From NCBI GenBank assembly GCA_013265495.1, contig MU058790.1, positions 210,948-264,190 of the forward strand: a DNA stretch of 53,243 nucleotides. The letters are read 5' to 3'. The position numbers were made by a program, and so were the translations under genes. Positions 48,914 through 53,243 of this stretch are shown piece by piece. Under the pieces are notes generated by a model, which had not been told where the DNA came from, did not search any database, and saw nothing but the letters and a program-made list of their open reading frames with translations. Each line of letters begins with the position of its first letter. The stretch's first letter is position 1. This DNA comes from Vicugna vicugna. Its lineage: Eukaryota.

Positions 48914-51654
48914 GAGCCAGGGCTACATCTGCAAGCCATTCAGTCCTCACTCTGGTTTCCTCTCTGCTCTCCTCTGCCTGATGACAGCCTCTCTCTGCCT
49001 CCTTCCACCATTGATGGAAGCTGGGAGCTGGCTTAGCCTTTGGTGGCTTCACAGGAGTGTCCTGAGAGCAACAGTGTCAGGGTTGTGCTTAGAGCTCGTT
49101 GGAGTAGGTGCTTGTATAAATCCAAGAAACCTTGCTTGACACCTAGTGCCCATTCCACCAAATGTCTGTAGAAACCTCCTTGTCAGGATGCCCGCCCCAC
49201 ACGTTTGTGTTGGTTCTAAGACCTGCGAAGCCCTCCGGGCCTCAGCCACGTTCCACTCGTCCTCTTCTGTGCGTCTGAGTAGCAGGCAGGCCTGTCCCCG
49301 GCAACTGCAGGTGGAGAGTCGCCTGGACCTGGTCACATGGTGGCACCAGCAGTGCCGCCCCATCCCCGAAGTGGAGCATCTGTGTGTCCAGGCCGTGGTT
49401 TCCCGTCTTCCAGTGTCCTTCAGCCCCAGGACGTGCCCCCAGGGTGGGCGGTGCCAGGGAGCCAGTCATTACACTCAGACCCTGACGTGTGGGTTCAACA
49501 GCTGTCTGATTACTGAAAGCTGTTTGTTTTGGCTGATGGCTGTGGCTTGTTTTAGCACAAAACATCGCCTCCTGGATACCTCACCAGAAGTCACACCAGA
49601 GGAATTCATTAAAGGCCAGGGAAGTCATAGTAGGTGGATGGACCGTGTCGGGTGAGCAGGTCTGTGTGCTCGGGTGGTCACCTTACCGTCCATGCCGTAG
49701 TCAGCACTCCTGGTCCCTGTGACACCTGCAGGGAGCCAGGCTCCCTGGGCTCTTCCAGACTTTGTCTGACGTCCAGGTTTGGAAGTTGAGCTTCCTGACC
49801 TTGTAATGGTGGAGTCACAGGGACGTGGGAGAACCAGGCAGAGCTATACTGCCATCCCTTTACGGATCAGACTTCAGCCGTGCCTGTGGATTTCACAGGA
49901 GACACGGGGCCACGGCCAGCATGTCATCACTGTAAATGTGACACCCTGCCAACCCCCCTCCTCCATGTGCCCAGGAACCTCCACTCAGGAGAGGAAGGCG
50001 GCAGAGGGGGAGAATCCCTGCCCTTGGGAAAGCACGAGCCACACCAGTTTAGGCATTTTGTGCATTTCAGAAAGGTGGGAGGGGGCAGCTGAGGAGGATT
50101 TGTTCTAACCTCGGCCCTAAGCAGAGGACACCACTGATGACCGTGCCCTGTTGGGAGTGAGCACAGACGGGGGCTGGGGAGGCTGTGTCTGCCAAACCAG
50201 GTCTGTGATCAGAAGCAGTGTCAGGGCAGCCCAGGGTCAGATACGGGTCATCATGGCAGAAAACATCACATATGAAAAGAGGCAAGCTCAGGGTTTGAGC
50301 TTGAGGGGAACTTGCAGAGTGATATTGGCTTGGGGGATGGTGTAGATACAAGGCCTGGAAACTAGGCTGGCCTCTTACTGAGAACAACTTTTGAGAACAG
50401 AGGTATTTTGAGGGCCCAGGCACCCTTGGTTCCTAAATCTGACAGATCCTGTCAGAAGGCATCAGACAGATACCACCTGACTCTTTAGAAAGGGCTTTTG
50501 GAGCCTCAAAATAGAATTCAAGGAAGAGGAATCTACCCATGAACATCAATATGTAATTTCCCTAGAGAGCAAATGACAAAGTGGCCACTTACGGACCTAA
50601 TCTAGGGAGCTAATGGGATAATTAAGTCTACAATGATGTTTCTAAAGGATAATGAATTAACTGCCAACATTTAAGAATCAAGAACTTTTTACCTGAAAAC
50701 CTCAATTACTGGTTTCTTTTGTGAAATCATGATATCTGGGCATACATGGTTATAGTCAGACGAAGATGACTAGCTGCTTGTACCATTAACACCGGGCCTC
50801 TCTGGTTTGCCGTGGTCCTCACCCTTCCCTGTTGAATCTCATGTGTGACCTCCTTCACTCATTTAGGGTAGATAACTGCTGTGTGATAATATTTGAGTTC
50901 ATTATTCCCATTGGAATTTACTTCTAAAACCACAGTTGTCTGAAACATGGAATCTCATTCAGTGAATTGGTACAGCATGGTGCTCCTAAATCATCTTGGG
51001 CACAGGGCCAGTATTTTCTGTTATTGTACAAATTCATTGTAAACTGACATGTGGTCTTATTTTACATGACTAGTATGAAGCTTCCATATGACACTTCACT
51101 CAAGTTCAACAACATTTGGATTAATAGATACCCTGTTCAACAAGATGACTTGACTCACTTAAGTGTTTAGGCAAAGCCAGATTGCTATCAAGGTCACTAA
51201 ATGCTAACTCTTAATTTCCGTACTTCTTGTAGCCGACCAGTAACAAATAATTTAGTGACCGTCAGTCCACACATCATGGTAGAATGGCATTGAAGAGTGA
51301 ATTTATTTAATTTATTCTTTTAGGAGTATGGTTTCAAACCTAAGGAAAGGTAATGAACAGGCCTGGCATTTGATGTTTCATTTAGTGTTTCTCCTTTAGA
51401 ATCCTTCATGAGCTCAAGAGATTGGTCTCTTTTAATTAGGGTTCTGGAATCGCTGTGGGGAAAATACCTCAACTTCTGTGAAAGCGAAGTCTGACTAGAG
51501 GAAACCAGTTTGCAGCTCGGAGACAGACAGATACTGTGGCTCTAAGATATTTGGGTTCTGAAATGTAGGATGAAAAGAATATACCTACTCCACTGTGGAA
51601 GAGAGAGTTTTTATGACACGAAGGGACAAAACAGTGAAAGAGGAGGGAGGGAAA

Positions 51655-51950
51655 TGGGTTCTAGGGTTCTGGTCTCCCCTAAGTGTAGTTTACTTGGGGC
51701 ACGTCAGCTTCTCTGGCTATAAAATGAGGCCATTGGACTGAATTATTTCAGAGGTCTGCTTAAGGTGTACAATTACCAGTCTGTGATCTTTTCCTAAGAA
51801 AATTTCTCTACTGACAGTGGTTGAAGGAGGCACAAAGAATTAGTTGGGTTCTCTATTTTACAGCTGAGGCCACTGTGGCCCAGGGATGCTAATCAGCTCT
51901 CCCAAGGTCACATGGCACGTGGGTGGCACAGTCGGGAAGGGAGCCCAGCC
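51655..51950. mobile_element. Two MIR fragments in opposite orientation
   Basis: ctataaaatgagg...ttggactg (+) and tattttacagctgaggccactgtggcccag...cccaaggtcacatgg (-). Confidence 0.55.
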
Positions 51951-53243
51951 CTGCTGCCTGTTGTTGAGGCTCCTCGTCTACTATATCCTGAGAAATGGGT
52001 GGTCTCGAGGTAGGAAGGGTTTAATGATCTCTGGGAAAAAGAAGCCAAACTCTTTAATATAGAGGTGTTGATTTCTTAAAATAGTTGTGAATTGGTTTCT
52101 GGGAGAATATATATTGTTTAAATGTAGCTTAAAGTCTCATAATTCAGCTTCGTTATTTTCAGGGAAATTGAGGAATATTCAATTTATATGAGCAATTTAT
52201 CTAGATATGCCAATCAGGTAGAGCTCCATTAATTTAAGAGATTTTATATTTTAATATATTAGTATCATTCAGAGGTAGGAAAACATTACATACTCACGCA
52301 GTCAGAGGTGAAGGCATATCTCAGTTACAGACACATGGGCATATGGGCACAGAAAAAGAGAGATTATAGCTTCAATTCTACAGTTTTAGTTGTGAGTCAA
52401 GTATAAACACTGAAAGAGAAAAACTCACTGGTCCAGATATCAAAGAACTATTCTCTTCCAGAAGGTATGATTTGAATAAACAAGTTGACAAAGACTAGAA
52501 AACCAGATTCTCTGTTTTCTCTTACTTAGAGGAGACCAGATCTCTGTGGACCCATTTATAGAGATCTCCAGGTGGTCAGATCCTAAAACCAAATTCTCAT
52601 CCATTTCTGCCAGCAGTGGTAATAATTTATCAGTTATAAATGAACAACAACAGAATAGAACCACAAAATTAGTATGGAGGAAAATAAAAGTTAAAAAATT
52701 AAAATTAGAAAAACAAAATCATGGAGATCCTATTGATACTCTGGAATCATCTAGAAGAAACAAGACAAGACATTCCTGGGTTTTAACTGAGAATGAGGCA
52801 CACTTTTATGTCTTTGGAGTTTATCTAGCTCTGACAGGAGTCTACTGAACATATCACCGTGACCACCAAAACAGTTAAAAAGTTATTTGTAAACGGAGAA
52901 AATCATGATATTCATCCAGATATGAAATGTAAATGTGTTAAAAGAATCTATTGACATCGAGGGAATTGGCAGATAGTGTATTCAAAAGATAACCCAAAGG
53001 AGAAACATAGAAATATTGAAAAAGGATATGTAAATGTGTAAATGGTAGCACAGTTGGTTTTGTTTCAATATGAGAGGGGAGACAGACGGACTTCTACTGG
53101 GCAAGGCATTCAGTGTATCTGTAGGTGACCACCAATTTACAAAGGGATGTGACAGTGCAAAGACATTGCAAAGCTGGGATCAGATAACCTGAAGTACTGT
53201 CCTATACACAGGGCAATGTTTCCATTGAAACATTTTTTTTTTT

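Noticed and set aside
49146..49655. 169-aa plus-strand ORF as a gene
   Set aside because: It has a non-ATG start in the track and no recognisable domain, and overlapping ORFs in several frames are expected in GC-rich DNA.

Overview
This is AT-rich, repeat-dominated eutherian genomic DNA. Three tRNA-Ala-derived vic-type SINEs point to a camelid (alpaca, llama or camel). The only host gene I can support is an intact, intronless 111-aa short histone H2A variant at 41587-41922 (+). It is recognisable as H2A.P (H2AP/HYPM/CXorf27), which in other mammals is X-linked next to SYTL5, so this window is probably that X locus. The gene has a compact spermatid-type promoter (perfect RFX X-box, inverted pair of CRE-like sites, CCAAT, TATA) and an ATTAAA poly(A) signal. 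About 870 bp downstream, in convergent orientation, lies a ~6.1-kb defective class I (ERV1-type) provirus at 42794-48913 (-). It has two LTRs ~9% diverged, a tRNA-Arg primer-binding site, and decayed gag MA, integrase C-terminus and env TM remnants. The rest is L1 (several young 3' ends with target-site duplications), L2, MIR, MaLR/ERVL LTRs, hAT and Tigger MITEs, and microsatellites. Nearly all other ORFs in the track are repeat-derived or spurious. I see no prokaryotic-type systems and cannot claim a wholly new system. The best leads are the extremely acidic H2A.P with its promoter and 3' structure, and the adjacent antisense mosaic ERV. Repeat family names come from recalled consensus sequences, and repeat boundaries are approximate unless TSDs are given.
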